Origin: Amoebidium appalachense
Lineage: Eukaryota > Protista > Ichthyosporea
Reading direction: 5' to 3'
NCBI GenBank assembly: GCA_963693365.1
Contig: CAVNZM010000009.1
Location: forward strand, 2,048,231-2,112,230
Length of the DNA stretch: 64,000 nt
A model generated the notes under the pieces. That model saw nothing but the letters and a program-made list of their open reading frames with translations, was not told the origin of the DNA and did no database searches. Below, piece by piece: positions 57,866-64,000 of this stretch (positions within the stretch are counted from its first letter, which is position 1; every line of letters starts with the position of its first letter). The position numbers were made by a program, and so were the translations under genes.

Positions 57866-58358
57866 CAACTTTGCAAAGTATGCATAGGTGCGCCGTAACT
57901 CCGGTGCCTCCCTAAGTCTGGGAGCAGACATCTAATCAATGAAGTAGTGGATAGTTATATTTCTACTATAGCTGTGTGTGTTCCAACCTTTGCCTGTAAT
58001 GAATAAAAACTATTCAAAGCTATTCTAGCATATAGAGTATACCTGCAGGGTGCAGGTATCTTACAGGCAATTGCTGGCTATTTGCGCTGCCGGCGCAGTG
58101 CATTCCTGAACGAATTGACGGTTTATGATAGGATCATTATCAGTAGGCATTTTAGACTGTTGACCAGCTTCCTTCCTCAAGGCAGCCAATCCGCGTCGCT
58201 TGTCTTTGTAAGTTGAAGCCAACGCACACTGAAACTACTCGTTTTTCGTGACTCCCAGTCAGTCTGTTTGTTTCCGTCCATATGCCACCCACACATTTTT
58301 AGGTTGATTATCTTACAAAGACACACACGGCGGCCGCGGGCCGTGAAAAGACACCAAA

Positions 58359-62869
<4,511 letters not shown>

Positions 62870-63348
62870 TAATTTTTCTTTTCTCTAGTCCTCTTTTTCT
62901 GATTTTTTTCCCTTCTTTTTAGTCTTCCTTTTCTCTATTTTCTATGATTTTTTATCTTTTTCTAGTCTTCTTTTTCTCTGTTTTCTATTCATTATGGTTT
63001 ATCTTCCATAGGTTACTATATAGAGTAAGCCAGTTACTATTTTCACACTGAGAACAAACTATTAGCTATTGCCTGCGCATTTTCCAACCAATCATATGCT
63101 CAGGGTAATTGCCTTTTTTTGGTAGTGTGCAGGCGCCAATCACCACCTCCTGCCATGGCTTCCGGGTCTAGTGGTCGCATCTTCATGCCACCAGTACACA
63201 TTGCGGTGGAGCTATTTAAATTGGGGTCGTCTTTAATCTGACTTTATAACTTAAAATTGGTTTATGGGTTTGAACTGTATTGGTTACTCTTGGGTCTATG
63301 CGACTATGAAGTAATATGCACGAGGTTTTTTTTTTTCCTTTTTTTTTT

Positions 63349-63398
<50 letters not shown>

Positions 63399-63644
63399 GT
63401 TCACAGTATATGCTAAGACAAAATACTTGCAGTTAATTAGAAGTCAACACCGTTAATTTCTTCAGCAAAAAAGCCATAAGATGAAGACACATAGTGATTG
63501 AGATCGGGTACCAGTGTACATATGGAGTAAGGGCCGTCTCACGTTCTATTTGTTGAAGATAGATTTTGTCAGAAACTGAGAATCTGATACAAAAACGACG
63601 CCGCGCACAGGAAAGAAAGTTTATGCACTAATCAGCAACTCAAC

Positions 63645-63753
<109 letters not shown>

Positions 63754-64000
63754 ACCACCACCACCGGCACCACCAACCACATCCCTCCGCTCCCTTCCCC
63801 CTCGTGCTCTCTCTCTCTCTCCCCCCTCCCCCCCCCTCCCCCGCCTCCCGGCCCTCCATCCCTTTTTGGCACACCGAGGTGGGGTATACAGCCCCCTCCC
63901 CCCCCCCCCCCTCCCCCCTCCCTCCCTCCCTCCCCAGGGCCTTTTTTTGAAGGCCATCCCCCCCCCCACCCCCCACCCCACCCCACCCCCCCCTTCCCCT

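Overview
This is eukaryotic genomic DNA, probably from a unicellular opisthokont-type protist (inference only). It is very rich in (CA)n/(GT)n/(CT)n microsatellites and poly-C/poly-G runs, so most ORFs in the supplied track are repeat translations. Manual splicing supports four multi-exon genes: a 12-exon PZP (PHD-Zn knuckle-PHD) chromatin reader, a JmjC/cupin-8 Fe(II)/2-oxoglutarate oxygenase, a 3-exon RGS protein, and a secreted protein with GxD repeats and an FG-GAP beta-propeller. Three intronless genes encode a type I membrane protein, a PARP-like ADP-ribosyltransferase and a PHO80/Pcl-type cyclin. There is also a decayed non-LTR retrotransposon. The strongest unexplained signal is an intronic element family. 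Two arrays of about 1.9 copies of a 452-bp unit share the same breakpoints. Each unit carries a ~160-nt RNA structure whose stems and pseudoknot show compensatory base changes in a diverged copy at 41.65 kb. I could not match it to a ribozyme, snoRNA or SINE class. It is a candidate retrozyme-like mobile RNA system.
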